64,000 nt of DNA, from positions 14,399 through 78,398 of the forward strand of contig CALULY010000003.1 of assembly GCA_944321635.1 (NCBI GenBank). The letters run 5' to 3'. How positions within the stretch are numbered: the first letter of the stretch is position 1; the number at the start of each line of letters is the position of its first letter. Position numbers and translations under genes: made by a program. This DNA is from an uncultured Bacteroidaceae bacterium (GTDB lineage Bacteria; Bacteroidota; Bacteroidia; Bacteroidales; Bacteroidaceae). Below the pieces are notes generated by a model that did no database searches, was not told the DNA's origin, and worked only from the letters and a program-made list of their open reading frames with translations. Positions 10,191 to 19,411 of the stretch are shown here, in pieces.

Positions 10191-10457
10191 TTGCATCATC
10201 GGGCTTGTCCCCCACCCTGCCACATTTATTAGCGTGCGTAGTCACAAAGACACACGCCATGCCACACCTGCACACGCCATGCCGCTCACGACAATTCCCG
10301 CCTGACGCGGGGATGCATCTCATGCGTATGCAGGATGTTCACCGGGACATATAACAATGGAAAAGGCGGACTTTGGAACAAGCAGCAGCGACGCGCCCCC
10401 ACATCCGGCGATGCAGGCACGCGATGTCGATAGTCATTGGTAGGAAGTCCGCGCCCA

Positions 10458-11069
10458 TCACACGCCACGCCGCTGGCAAGCGTCAAGACATTGGGCCAAA
10501 TACCGCAAAAGCGAATCCATGCCCCCCTCACGGTAACGCCCCCAGAAGCTGCCAAGCACCGCCGCGCCGCCAAAACCGACGTTGGCAAGTCGCGGGATCC
10601 TCGCAGCATCCACGCCGCCGAGCGCATAGACCTTGCTGTCGATGATGCCCATCCCGGCGGCATCCGCAAGCATCGCGGGGCTGAACCGCGAGCGATAGCC
10701 CTCCTTGGACACGCTGTCATAGATGGGGCTGAGGAACACGTAATCAAAAGCGTCCTTGCGCATGGCGACTTCGCTCAACGAATGGCATGAGCATGAACGG
10801 CGTCCACCGAACCATGCCGGGACGGACGGGTTGCGGGCATTGACGTGCAACCCGCCTATGCCGTATGCCGAGGCGAGCGAGTGGCAATCATGCAGTGCTA
10901 TCCGTCCGTGGTAGCAGGCTGGAATATCCCTCAACAGCCTCCCGACATCCGCCGCCTGACAGCCTGGCTTGCGCAGGTGCAGCAGTGGAAGACCTGCCTC
11001 AAAGAGACGGGAGAGCACCCCGGCCTCGCCGTCAAACAGGGTTGGCAATGTGATGACGGCAAACTTCAT
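10458..11069 (-). CDS. thiE: Thiamine phosphate synthase (ThiE/TenI family)
   Basis: TMP-TENI fold-like sequence (LHLRKPG..., ALGGV). The ATG at 11069 overlaps the thiF stop codon (TGATG). The listed start at 11072 is GTG. Confidence 0.75.
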   Translation of the reverse strand: MKFAVITLPTLFDGEAGVLSRLFEAGLPLLHLRKPGCQAADVGRLLRDIPACYHGRIALHDCHSLASAYGIGGLHVNARNPSVPAWFGGRRSCSCHSLSEVAMRKDAFDYVFLSPIYDSVSKEGYRSRFSPAMLADAAGMGIIDSKVYALGGVDAARIPRLANVGFGGAAVLGSFWGRYREGGMDSLLRYLAQCLDACQRRGV

Positions 11070-11773
11070 CACAGATCAAAGGTTGAAGCGTCCATGCCCA
11101 TGAAGTCACCTACCCACAAGCGGTCTATCAACGGCGAGCCAAACCCGCACACCAGCTGCAACACTTGCATTGCCTGCACAGCCCCCACTATGCCCGGGGT
11201 CATGCCGACAACGCCCTTGGAGGCTGCATCCTCGTGCGGTGCGGCCGCGCCGAACAGGTCACGCAGGATCTTGCCTCCGTCCTTGCAAAGCACGGCCACC
11301 TGCCCGGAGAAACCCGATATGGCACCATAGACGTATGGACGGCGCAACCCGGCGCAAGCATCGCTCACCGCCAACCGGGCGGCATAGTTGTCGCAACCGT
11401 CCACCACCAGGTCATAGGGGGCGATGAGCACCCCGGCATTCTCAGCAGTCAGGCGGCAAGGATGCGTGACGATGCGCACATCGCTGTTGATGGACGAGAG
11501 GCGGGCGGCGGCGCACTCGACCTTCGGCCTGCCGACATCCTGCTCAGTGTAAAGCACCTGGCGTTGCAGGTTGGAACGGCTGACGGAATCAAAATCCACA
11601 AGCCCGAGCGTCCCCACGCCGGCAGCGGCAAGATAGGTCGATGTGACCGAACCGAGACCGCCGACACCCACCACCAGCACCTTTGCGGCGGCGAGACGCG
11701 CCTGGCCGGCCTCGCCTATCTCGGGGAGGATGGTCTGGCGGGCATATCTTTCATCTATCATGTTCAAAGGCAT
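11069..11773 (-). CDS. thiF: HesA/MoeB/ThiF family adenylyltransferase
   Basis: RYARQTILPEIGEAGQARL..VLVVGVGGLGS Rossmann/ThiF motif and a CxxC-type motif. Adjacent to thiE. Confidence 0.8.
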   Translation of the reverse strand: MPLNMIDERYARQTILPEIGEAGQARLAAAKVLVVGVGGLGSVTSTYLAAAGVGTLGLVDFDSVSRSNLQRQVLYTEQDVGRPKVECAAARLSSINSDVRIVTHPCRLTAENAGVLIAPYDLVVDGCDNYAARLAVSDACAGLRRPYVYGAISGFSGQVAVLCKDGGKILRDLFGAAAPHEDAASKGVVGMTPGIVGAVQAMQVLQLVCGFGSPLIDRLWVGDFMGMDASTFDL

Positions 11774-11797
11774 TATGTAGTCAATCGCCCCGACGGC

Positions 11798-12850
11798 TCA
11801 GAACCCGAGCTGGAGCTGCGTGATGAGCTGGTTGTTGTCGGTGCGGGTGTAGTTGTCGTGTTCGCGCTGGTACTGCACCTGGAATCGGCAACGTGTGAAG
11901 AAGCGGTATTCGACCCCCGCCACGTAACGGTAGGTGTCGCCTGCCACATCCTTGTTCTTTTTGAGATAAGCCACCGACCCGAGCAGGTCGAGATCCTTCC
12001 ACAAACGCACCATCGTCGTGGCGTAAGCACCACGGGCTATGGCGTGGTTGTTTTTCCCTTCAAGGTATTCGGCTCTGAGCATCACCGGTTTCGTCGTCAA
12101 CTCAAAGCCTGCGGTCCAACGGTTGCGGGTGTAGTCCATGCCTTCCGTTATCCCATCCTCGGGACGGTCGGCAAGAGCCCGCGCCTTGCCAAAGTAGGCG
12201 CCGCCCGTCACTTTGAGACATTGCAACGGATTGAGGGCGAGGTAGAGGGACACGTCCTTGTGCTTGTTCTTGTCCTTCAGGTTGATGCCCTGCCCGTTGA
12301 ACAACCCGAGCTTGTAGTCCAACAGACGCTTCTCCAAATGCGGCAAGGTGAAAAGGCTGCCCTCGACCATCACTCCGAAGTCGCGCCCACCGTGCGACGT
12401 CCCGCCGGAATAAGAGGCGTCAGAGGCATCGACGTTGGCTATGTAATTGGCGGGCAACGCCCCCTCGATGAGTTCGTCCTTAGAGAGCGACATCATCGCT
12501 TGCATGGTGTAGGGGACTTTCATCTGCCCGACTGCGATGTTGAACCCATCGCAAATCTTTATACGTCCCCCGACCTCCAACGGTTTGAAGCCGCTGGCGG
12601 CACTGAACATATAAAACAGCTCAAGCCTCTTGTGCAGGTTGATGTTGCCGAAGAGGATTATGCGCCTGACATAGAAACTGTTGGTGTTTGCCTTCTCGTT
12701 GTACTCGTAGGCGAACTGACCGTAAGCCTTCAATGAGAAGTACTTGGAAATGGTGTCATACAATTCTTTCGCCTTGCCCGTCCCTTGCGCCTGTGCCGAA
12801 GCCACGGCAATGAGCAACAGGGGGATGACTAAGAAACGTCCAAACCTCAT
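11798..12850 (-). CDS. Outer-membrane porin (porin O/P-like beta-barrel)
   Basis: Signal peptide ending AQAQG, alternating beta-strand pattern, and a C-terminal aromatic residue (F). Confidence 0.6.
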   Translation of the reverse strand: MRFGRFLVIPLLLIAVASAQAQGTGKAKELYDTISKYFSLKAYGQFAYEYNEKANTNSFYVRRIILFGNINLHKRLELFYMFSAASGFKPLEVGGRIKICDGFNIAVGQMKVPYTMQAMMSLSKDELIEGALPANYIANVDASDASYSGGTSHGGRDFGVMVEGSLFTLPHLEKRLLDYKLGLFNGQGINLKDKNKHKDVSLYLALNPLQCLKVTGGAYFGKARALADRPEDGITEGMDYTRNRWTAGFELTTKPVMLRAEYLEGKNNHAIARGAYATTMVRLWKDLDLLGSVAYLKKNKDVAGDTYRYVAGVEYRFFTRCRFQVQYQREHDNYTRTDNNQLITQLQLGF

Positions 12851-12860
12851 ATCATTTGGT

Positions 12861-12893
12861 CAAAAAGATAGGCAACCCTGACGAGCTGCCTAT
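12861..12893 (-). terminator. Rho-independent terminator after pgk
   Basis: ATAGGCA / TGCCTAT stem, followed on the minus strand by CTTTTTG. Confidence 0.65.
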
Positions 12894-12927
12894 CACAATC
12901 CTTTAATATGCTAATAATTCACACGCT

Positions 12928-14187
12928 TTACTTCTGGATTGCCGCGATGCCGGGGAGAACCTTGCCCTCGATGGCTTCGAGCAACGCGCCGCCGCCGGTG
13001 GAGACGTAGGATACCTTGTCCGCCAGCCCGAACTTATTGACGCAGGCAACAGAGTCGCCGCCTCCGACCAAAGAGAACGCACCGTTCCTTGTAGCCTCGG
13101 CAATAGCCTCGCCAACGGCACGTGAGCCATGGGTGAAGTTGTCAAATTCAAACACCCCGGTCGGGCCGTTCCACAGGATAGTCTTAGAGGATTTTATGAC
13201 CTCAGCGAATGCTTTCTCTGACTCAGGGCCTATGTCCAAGCCTTCCCATCCGTCAGGAATCTCGTTGACCTTGACGATTTGGGTGTTTGCATCGTTTGAG
13301 AAGCTGTCACCAATCTTTGCATCAGTTGCAAGGACGAGGTTGACACCGTTCTCCTTAGCTTTCTTGATCAAATCGAGCGCGAGGTCAAGTTTGTCGTCCT
13401 CGCAGATGGATTGACCAATCTTGCCGCCCAACGCCTTTGTAAACGTGTAGGTCATGCCTCCTGCGATGATGAGGTTGTCAACCTTTGTGAGGAGGTTCTC
13501 GATGATTTCAATCTTGGTGGAAACCTTGGAGCCGCCCATGATTGCGGTGAATGGACGCTTGATGTCGTTCAGGACACGCTCGACAGCCTTCACTTCTTTT
13601 TCCATGAGATAACCGAACATCTTGTGGTCGCCGTCAAAATACTCGGCAATCAACGCCGTTGATGCATGAGCGCGGTGCGCCGTGCCGAACGCGTCATTGA
13701 CGTAGCAGTCTGCATAAGAAGCGAGCGTCTTTGTGAATTCCTTCTGGCTCACCTTCAACGCAGCCTTGGCGGCTTTCTTCTCTTCGTCGCTTGCATCCTC
13801 GGCAAGACCGCGCGGTTTGCCTTCTTCCTCGGCGTGGAAACGCAGGTTCTCAAGCAACAGCACTTCGCCAGGTTGCAAGGCGGCGGCCTTTACGGCGGCT
13901 TCTTCGCCTACGCAGTCGTTGGCAAATTGCACATCAACACCGAGGAGTTCGGAAAGATGCGGGAGGATGTGCTTCAAGGAATACTTGTCAGTCACACCTT
14001 TCGGGCGGCCGAGGTGCGAACCGATTATGATGCTGCCACCGTCGCCAAGTATCTTTTTAAGCGTCGGGAGGGCGGCACGCATACGGGTGTCGTCAGTGAT
14101 GTTGAAGTTTTCGTCCAATGGTACGTTGAAATCCACGCGTACGAATGCCTTCTTGCCAGCAAAGTTGAATTTGTCGATTGATTGCAT
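12928..14187 (-). CDS. pgk: Phosphoglycerate kinase
   Basis: [25 protein letters not shown] is the canonical Pgk N-terminus. Start trimmed to the ATG at 14187, giving 419 aa. Confidence 0.95.
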   Translation of the reverse strand: MQSIDKFNFAGKKAFVRVDFNVPLDENFNITDDTRMRAALPTLKKILGDGGSIIIGSHLGRPKGVTDKYSLKHILPHLSELLGVDVQFANDCVGEEAAVKAAALQPGEVLLLENLRFHAEEEGKPRGLAEDASDEEKKAAKAALKVSQKEFTKTLASYADCYVNDAFGTAHRAHASTALIAEYFDGDHKMFGYLMEKEVKAVERVLNDIKRPFTAIMGGSKVSTKIEIIENLLTKVDNLIIAGGMTYTFTKALGGKIGQSICEDDKLDLALDLIKKAKENGVNLVLATDAKIGDSFSNDANTQIVKVNEIPDGWEGLDIGPESEKAFAEVIKSSKTILWNGPTGVFEFDNFTHGSRAVGEAIAEATRNGAFSLVGGGDSVACVNKFGLADKVSYVSTGGGALLEAIEGKVLPGIAAIQK

Positions 14188-14233
14188 AACTAATGATATT
14201 TTTAGTTGTTTACGTTGCGTCTTCAAACGTTGG

Positions 14234-14241
14234 CAAAGATA
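14234..14241 (-). promoter_or_regulatory. -7 box TATCTTTG (minus strand) upstream of pgk
   Basis: Exact TAnnTTTG match 46 nt upstream of the pgk ATG. Confidence 0.45.
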
Positions 14242-14334
14242 GTGATTTATTCTTTTTTCGTGTTTCTTTAACAACACCAAATGTCTGGTGCGACGATCCT
14301 GCGCGCTTCATCCGGGCATCGGGGGAATGTCCCC

Positions 14335-14403
14335 TTTTGTTAGTGCGACTTACAAAGGTTGTTATTGGCACTTACAAAGATTGTTATTGCGACTAACAAA
14401 AGG
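14335..14403 (-). repeat. F2 repeat array: three tandem TTGTTA-N7-T(T/A)ACAA palindromes
   Basis: TTTTGTTAGTGCGACTTACAAAGG TTGTTATTGGCACTTACAAAGA TTGTTATTGCGACTAACAAAAGG. Homologous arrays lie at 31607, 44347 and 63305. Confidence 0.9.
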
Positions 14404-14430
14404 CCTAATTGCGGCAGCCCACCGCAGGCA

Positions 14431-14469
14431 TAAAAGAAAGGCAGGGAGCTGTCGTCACAGCTCCCTGCC
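14431..14469 (-). terminator. Rho-independent terminator after nagB
   Basis: Perfect 13-bp stem GGCAGGGAGCTGT / ACAGCTCCCTGCC, followed on the minus strand by TTTCTTTTA. Confidence 0.8.
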
Positions 14470-14486
14470 TTGATGCAAAAAACATT

Positions 14487-15299
14487 TTACTGCAAGAGTG
14501 ATTGCGGGTCGAGGTTCAGGCACTCGATGTCCTTGAAGTAGCGGTAAGTGCCGACAGTGATTTCCGCCGTAGCCGCATCGTCGCAGACGATTATTCCCTT
14601 CTCGTGCATCTGCAATGCGCTGATTGTCCACATCTGGGTGATTGCTCCCTCGACTGCGTGCTGCAACGCGCGCGCTTTGTTGTGGCCGTTGACGATGATG
14701 AGCACTTCCTTTGCCGAGAGGACTGTGCCGACACCGACTGTCAGGGCTGTCTTTGGCACCTTGTTGACGTCGTTGTCAAAGAATCGGGAGTTGGCGATTA
14801 TCGTGTCTGTGGTCAGTGTCTTGACGCGTGTCCGCGAATTGAGCGACGACCCCGGTTCGTTGAACGCGATGTGGCCGTCAGGCCCTATGCCGCCGAGGAA
14901 GAGGTCTATACCGCCGCAGGCTTTGATTTTCTCCTCGTAGCGGGCGCACTCTTTCTCAAGGTCGGGGGCGTTGCCGTTGAGGATGTTGACATTTTCCTTC
15001 TTTATGTCGATGTGGTAGAAGAAATTGTTCCACATGAACGAGTGGTAGCTCTCGGGGTGATCCTCCGGGAGACCGACATATTCGTCCATGTTGAACGTGA
15101 TGACGTTGGCAAATGACACAACCCCGCGCTTGTTGAGGTCAATCAGTTCCTTGTACATCCCGAGTGGTGAAGAGCCTGTGGGCAGACCCAAGACGAAAGG
15201 TTTGTCTGCCGTGGGTTTTGCCGCATTGATTCTCGCTGCCACATAGTTGGCTGCCCATTTGGATACGCTCTGGTAATCCGGTTCAATAATAACTCTCAT
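14487..15299 (-). CDS. nagB: Glucosamine-6-phosphate deaminase
   Basis: 270 aa. [20 protein letters not shown]..., FNMDEY and [16 protein letters not shown] motifs. Confidence 0.95.
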   Translation of the reverse strand: MRVIIEPDYQSVSKWAANYVAARINAAKPTADKPFVLGLPTGSSPLGMYKELIDLNKRGVVSFANVITFNMDEYVGLPEDHPESYHSFMWNNFFYHIDIKKENVNILNGNAPDLEKECARYEEKIKACGGIDLFLGGIGPDGHIAFNEPGSSLNSRTRVKTLTTDTIIANSRFFDNDVNKVPKTALTVGVGTVLSAKEVLIIVNGHNKARALQHAVEGAITQMWTISALQMHEKGIIVCDDAATAEITVGTYRYFKDIECLNLDPQSLLQ

Positions 15300-15327
15300 G
15301 GTAATATGGTTTTAAAATCTATTTCTT

Positions 15328-16515
15328 TCAGCTTCTTCCGTTTTTCAATCTCCCGGCCACGGCTTTTGCAAGTGAGATGGCACGTTCACGGTCGTTGGCA
15401 TCCATGCCCTGCTTCATTTCGACAGGCTCAGCGGCCACATCAAACTTCATTTTCTCGGCAAATGCCGTGAGGCGTTTGACGGCTTGCCCTGCCCACGTGA
15501 ACGAGCCGAAGCAGGCAAAGACGCGGTTCTTCACTTCACGCATCTCCAGCTTTGAGAGCAACGCTTCCATTTGCGGGAATATGCTCCCGTTGTAGGTCGG
15601 TGCTCCGAGCACCAGCCCCTTGTACCTGAAGATGTCTGTCAGGACATAGGATTGGTCGCTCTTTGACAAATTGTGCATGACGATGTTGCGTATCCCCTCT
15701 TCAGACAATGTTTCCGCGATTGTTTCCGCCAGCTGTTCGGTGTTGCCATACATCGAGCCGTAGGCGACAACGACCCCTTCCTCGGCCTCGTACTTGCTCA
15801 GGCGGTCATAGATCGAGGCGACACGCGCTTTCTCCGCCTTCCAGACGGGACCGTGGGTAGGACACACGACGTCGATGTCGAGTGATGAGAGCTTCGTCAA
15901 TGCACGTTGCACCGGTGAGCCATATTTGCCGACGATGCAGGAATAGTAGCGTTCCATCTCACCCCAGTAGACATCAGTGTTTATCCCCTCATCCATCACG
16001 CCGCCATTGAGTGCGCCGAAGCAACCGAAGGCGTCCCCGGAAAACAGGACTCTCTCCGTCTTGGAGTAGGTCGCCATTGTCTCTGGCCAATGCACCATGG
16101 GTATCAGGTGGAAAGACAGGATGTGACGGCCAAGAGCAAGTTCGTCGCCGTCCTTGACCTCGATGACATTGCCGGCTTCGCCGTAGTAGCCGTTGACCAT
16201 GGCGAGTGTCTGCTTGTTGCCGACGATTGCCATGTCCGGGTAGAATGCACGCAACAACTTGACAGATCCCGAGTGGTCGGGCTCCATGTGGTTGATGACG
16301 AGGTAATCAATCGGCCTCGTGCCTATGGCATCCCTGATCTTTGCAAGGAAACGGTCAAAAAAAGCCGCATCCACCGTATCCACGAGGGCGATGCGTTCAT
16401 CTTCAATCAAATAGGAATTATAGGAAACACCGTACGGGATGGGCCAAAGTCCCTCGAACAATGATTTCTTCCTGTCATTGACCCCGACGTAATGGATTGT
16501 GTCAGTGATGTTCAT
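15328..16515 (-). CDS. FprA-family A-type flavodiiron protein (metallo-beta-lactamase + flavodoxin domains)
   Basis: HMEPDHSG di-iron motif plus a C-terminal flavodoxin-like domain (VVAYGSMYGNTE). Confidence 0.85.
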   Translation of the reverse strand: MNITDTIHYVGVNDRKKSLFEGLWPIPYGVSYNSYLIEDERIALVDTVDAAFFDRFLAKIRDAIGTRPIDYLVINHMEPDHSGSVKLLRAFYPDMAIVGNKQTLAMVNGYYGEAGNVIEVKDGDELALGRHILSFHLIPMVHWPETMATYSKTERVLFSGDAFGCFGALNGGVMDEGINTDVYWGEMERYYSCIVGKYGSPVQRALTKLSSLDIDVVCPTHGPVWKAEKARVASIYDRLSKYEAEEGVVVAYGSMYGNTEQLAETIAETLSEEGIRNIVMHNLSKSDQSYVLTDIFRYKGLVLGAPTYNGSIFPQMEALLSKLEMREVKNRVFACFGSFTWAGQAVKRLTAFAEKMKFDVAAEPVEMKQGMDANDRERAISLAKAVAGRLKNGRS

Positions 16516-16569
16516 ATAGGATATATGCTTATTAATTGTTTAAAGCATCACAAATGTAGGCATATTTTC

Positions 16570-17487
16570 TCAACCGTGATACAATCTGCCTTGATATGAT
16601 TCGGTGGCGGCAAGCCTTTTCCTGACTTTTTCAACGAACTCATAGTTTTTTATTCCCCATCGCGGCGCCACCAGCAAATCATCCGGTGACTGCGAGACAA
16701 AACGCTCCAGCACCAGCGTCGGGCGCAACCTCTCGATGTAACGCACAACGACGTCAACATAGTCATCGATGTCAAACAGGGCAAACTCCCACGGCGCGGC
16801 AGCATACTCCTCTGCCATCCGCGTCCCCCTGATGATTTGCAGCTGGTGCAGCTTCAACGTTGTCAAAGGCAGGCGCGAGAGGACAGCGGGCTGTGCGAGC
16901 ATCTTGTCCTTGCTATCACCAGGAAGGCCGAGGATGACGTGCCCGCCGACATTTATGCCCGCCGCAGCGGTGCGCCGCACAGCATCCTCGGCCACGGCGA
17001 ATGTATGCCCACGGTTTATGTGCCTGAGCATCTCGTCATCGGTGCTCTCGATGCCGTACTCTACCATAATATATGTCTGTCTGGCAAGCCTTGAGAGATA
17101 GTCCAGCAACTCGTCCCCCACGCAGTCAGGACGTGTGCCGATGACGAGCCCGACGACCCCATCGACCGAAAGGGCCTCTTCATACTTGCGGCGCAACTCA
17201 TCCAACGGACCGTAAGTGTTGGTGTAGGCTTGGAAGTATGCAAGGTACTTCATCCGAGGATACTTCCTTGCGAAGAAACGCACACCCTCCTCCAATTGCC
17301 GTGACACCGGCTTGTCCGCCCCGCAATAAGATGGATTGAACGAAGCATTGTTGCAATAGGTGCAACCACCCCGCCCAACTGTCCCGTCCCGGTTAGGACA
17401 TGAGAAAGCAGCGTTGACAGCTATCTTCTGCACCTTGCATCCGAATGTCTGTCTCAGGTAGGTCGAGTAGTCATAATAAAGGGACAT
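16570..17487 (-). CDS. TIGR01212-family radical SAM protein
   Basis: CPNRDGTVGRGGCTYCN cluster motif. 305 aa, typical for this family. Confidence 0.85.
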   Translation of the reverse strand: MSLYYDYSTYLRQTFGCKVQKIAVNAAFSCPNRDGTVGRGGCTYCNNASFNPSYCGADKPVSRQLEEGVRFFARKYPRMKYLAYFQAYTNTYGPLDELRRKYEEALSVDGVVGLVIGTRPDCVGDELLDYLSRLARQTYIMVEYGIESTDDEMLRHINRGHTFAVAEDAVRRTAAAGINVGGHVILGLPGDSKDKMLAQPAVLSRLPLTTLKLHQLQIIRGTRMAEEYAAAPWEFALFDIDDYVDVVVRYIERLRPTLVLERFVSQSPDDLLVAPRWGIKNYEFVEKVRKRLAATESYQGRLYHG

Positions 17488-17494
17488 CTCCTTT

Positions 17495-17854
17495 TCATTT
17501 CAATGTTTCGTAGCTCAGTATGTGCCAAGCAATCAACACCGCCGCCAGGGACAACAGCAACCTGAGCCACAACGCCTCGGCAACAAAGACGACGCAGACG
17601 GCCATTGAGAGTGACATCATCACGACCGCAGCCACTTTCGCCCGCAAGGGGATGGCACGCCTCTCCTGGAAGTCTTTGATGTAGCCACCAAGTCTCGGCC
17701 TCGACAGCAACCAGGCATGAAGCCGTGGCGACCCCTTGAGAAACAGCCACGCGGACAACAGCAGGAAAGGGGTCGTCGGGAGCAACGGCAAGGCTATGCC
17801 TGCCAGCCCAAGCCCGAGCGACACAAAGCCTAAGACGACGCACAACTGTTTCAT
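17495..17854 (-). CDS. YbaN/DUF454 family inner-membrane protein
   Basis: LGLAGIALPLLPTTPFLLLSAW motif. Start trimmed to the ATG at 17854. Confidence 0.75.
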   Translation of the reverse strand: MKQLCVVLGFVSLGLGLAGIALPLLPTTPFLLLSAWLFLKGSPRLHAWLLSRPRLGGYIKDFQERRAIPLRAKVAAVVMMSLSMAVCVVFVAEALWLRLLLSLAAVLIAWHILSYETLK

Positions 17855-17956
17855 GGCGCAAAGATAACGTGCACCGGCAAGCAAGACAAACGGCACACCC
17901 CCGCAAAAGGATGTGCCGTCAGTTCCTGCATCAAGGAGGTTGCCCCTTCAGCAACG

Positions 17957-18601
17957 TCAATCGACGTAGCGAACCATGTCCGTGCGCCTCGGTTTGGCAG
18001 CTGGTGTCTCGTCTGGATAACCGAATCCGATGACGTAGAGCAGTTTGTAGCCGTCAGAAAATCCCAACTTGTCAAGATAGGGCTTGGCGGCAGGAGTCTC
18101 AAGCATGAACCTCGTGGGCGAGCCAAGGCAGCATGAGCCCACGCCCATCGACCATGCCGACAAAACCATGTTGCCACCCAGAAGGCCGCAATCAATCACG
18201 GACATATCGTAAGAGGTGTCAGCGGCAATGAATGCCACCGTCGGCGCATTGCGGAACATATTTTTGAATCCTGGCTCGGCGGCCGCCTTTGGGTTGCTCT
18301 CGACGTAGACCTTTGTCAGCCCGTCGATGAAGTCTGCATCATCGACAATCCTGACCTCGTAGGCCTGGCGGTTCTGCCCGTTTGGCGCATTGATGCCACA
18401 CGCGACAATCGAGTCCATCTTGGCACGTTCCACCGGTTGCGGTTTGTACTTGCGGACACTGCGCCGCGTCATGATGTTGTCATAGACCACTGCTGCGGTG
18501 TCAACTCCAGCCGGAACTGATGCCGCCCCGTTGCCATCGCCCCCACATGACATAAGCATCGGGAGAGCGAGCAACAACAACAAATTGCTTTTAGTTTTCA
18601 T
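17957..18601 (-). CDS. Nitroreductase family lipoprotein
   Basis: MKTKSNLLLLLALPMLMSCGG lipobox and the RRSVRKY nitroreductase motif. The listed start at 18610 is TTG; the ATG is at 18601. Confidence 0.75.
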   Translation of the reverse strand: MKTKSNLLLLLALPMLMSCGGDGNGAASVPAGVDTAAVVYDNIMTRRSVRKYKPQPVERAKMDSIVACGINAPNGQNRQAYEVRIVDDADFIDGLTKVYVESNPKAAAEPGFKNMFRNAPTVAFIAADTSYDMSVIDCGLLGGNMVLSAWSMGVGSCCLGSPTRFMLETPAAKPYLDKLGFSDGYKLLYVIGFGYPDETPAAKPRRTDMVRYVD

Positions 18602-18730
18602 GTCAATCAATGTTTGCAGACAAATATATCACGTTTCGCCCAAAGGCAAATGATTTTATTGATTATTAACGGGATATGCCACGACAAGCACCCATTCTCC
18701 GCGAACTGCCGGCGGCGCGGCGGGCATGGC

Positions 18731-18768
18731 ATAAGAGAAGGCCGCCCCGTCGGTGTGACGGAGCGGCC
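18731..18768 (-). terminator. Hairpin terminator downstream of tRNA-Thr
   Basis: GGCCGCCCCGTC / GACGGAGCGGCC stem, followed on the minus strand by TTCTCTTAT. Confidence 0.6.
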
Positions 18769-18775
18769 TTGGGAG

Positions 18776-18849
18776 AGCCTCTTGTCGGATTCGAACCAAC
18801 GACCCCGAGATTACAAATCACGTGCTCTGGCCAGCTGAGCTAAAGAGGC
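18776..18849 (-). tRNA. tRNA-Thr (anticodon TGT)
   Basis: Folded by hand into a 74-nt cloverleaf: acceptor GCCTCTT/AAGAGGC, D-stem GCTC/GAGC, anticodon loop TTTGTAA, T-loop TTCGAAT. CCA is not encoded. Confidence 0.9.
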
Positions 18850-19071
18850 GGGTGGATAAGCTTACTATATCGCGCCGCTACGACCTGGTACCTTTGCTGC
18901 GGTCAAGCCCTGGAGGATTCCCAAGGAGCTGGCCGTATAGGACTTATCCACGTGCAAAGGTAGGCATTATTTCCGTCCCTGCAATAGGATTGCGCCGATT
19001 TTTCATTATTGGCCCCGGACGCAACAGCTCCAGCATGGTGCGATGCAAAAACCATGTCTGGGACAAAGGCT

Positions 19072-19160
19072 GAAAACATTGTATGCAAGAGGCGAAAACA
19101 TACAATGATTTTGCCCGTTGCTTACAATGATTCCTTAAAAGACATACGATGATTTTCATC
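19072..19160 (+). repeat. F3 repeat array: units with core GCATAC(A/G)ATG(A/T)TTT
   Basis: GAAAACATTGTATGC (inverted unit), then GAAAACATACAATGATTTTG, GCTTACAATGATTCC and GACATACGATGATTTTCATC. Homologous arrays lie at 31730, 44209 and 48201. Confidence 0.85.
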
Positions 19161-19210
19161 CTGCCGCCCAACACCCCCGCTGAATGCGCACGGTGCTGCA
19201 ACCGGAAGCC

Positions 19211-19405
19211 TCACTGCTTGTGCCTGTTGGCACGGCGACGGCGGTACTCGGCCTTCATCTTTGCCGCGCCAGAGCCGTGCGCTCCAGTCTTGTAGGCTTT
19301 CTTCCTCGCCTTGGTGCGCACTTTGTTTTTGTCATCACGGCTTGATGCCGATGGAGCGGGCTTGAAGACTATGCCGCTCGTCATTGCTTTTTCAATCTCA
19401 TCCAT
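19211..19405 (-). CDS. Small, highly basic hypothetical protein (64 aa)
   Basis: ATG start 6 nt after the stop of the upstream B3/B4 gene. Lys/Arg-rich C-terminal half. I recognise no homology. Confidence 0.4.
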   Translation of the reverse strand: MDEIEKAMTSGIVFKPAPSASSRDDKNKVRTKARKKAYKTGAHGSGAAKMKAEYRRRRANRHKQ

Positions 19406-19411
19406 GGTGTG

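Noticed and set aside
10251-10284. Short direct repeats: CACACGCCATGCC x2 downstream of thiE, plus CCAATTAG x2 and GCCAGGAC x3 at 57150-57245.
   Set aside because: They are only 8-13 nt long with two to three copies, have no counterpart elsewhere in the window, and are compatible with chance in GC-rich intergenic DNA.
11774-11797. A TPP (THI-box) riboswitch upstream of thiF-thiE.
   Set aside because: Only 24 nt separate thiF from the upstream porin gene, and no THI-box-like CUGAGA/ACCUGA elements were seen there or upstream of the porin gene.
11165-12736. Very long antisense ORFs. Examples: 523 aa at 11165-12736, 427 aa at 27929-29212, 394 aa at 40826-42010, 377 aa at 61434-62567, 314 aa at 3245-4189.
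   Set aside because: Each lies entirely opposite a gene with clear family motifs (porin/thiF, mnmA, M6 protease, parB, EF-G). Their translations are Arg/Leu/His/Val-rich low-complexity sequence with no recognisable motifs. Long open antisense frames are expected in GC-rich coding DNA.
18851-18951. A chromosomal replication origin (oriC), suggested by two TTATCCAC DnaA-box-like 9-mers with recF and parAB in the same window.
   Set aside because: There are only two boxes, and they are explained by a single inverted repeat. There is no cluster of further boxes, no obvious AT-rich unwinding element beside them, and no dnaA/dnaN nearby. Kept only as a low-interest structural observation.
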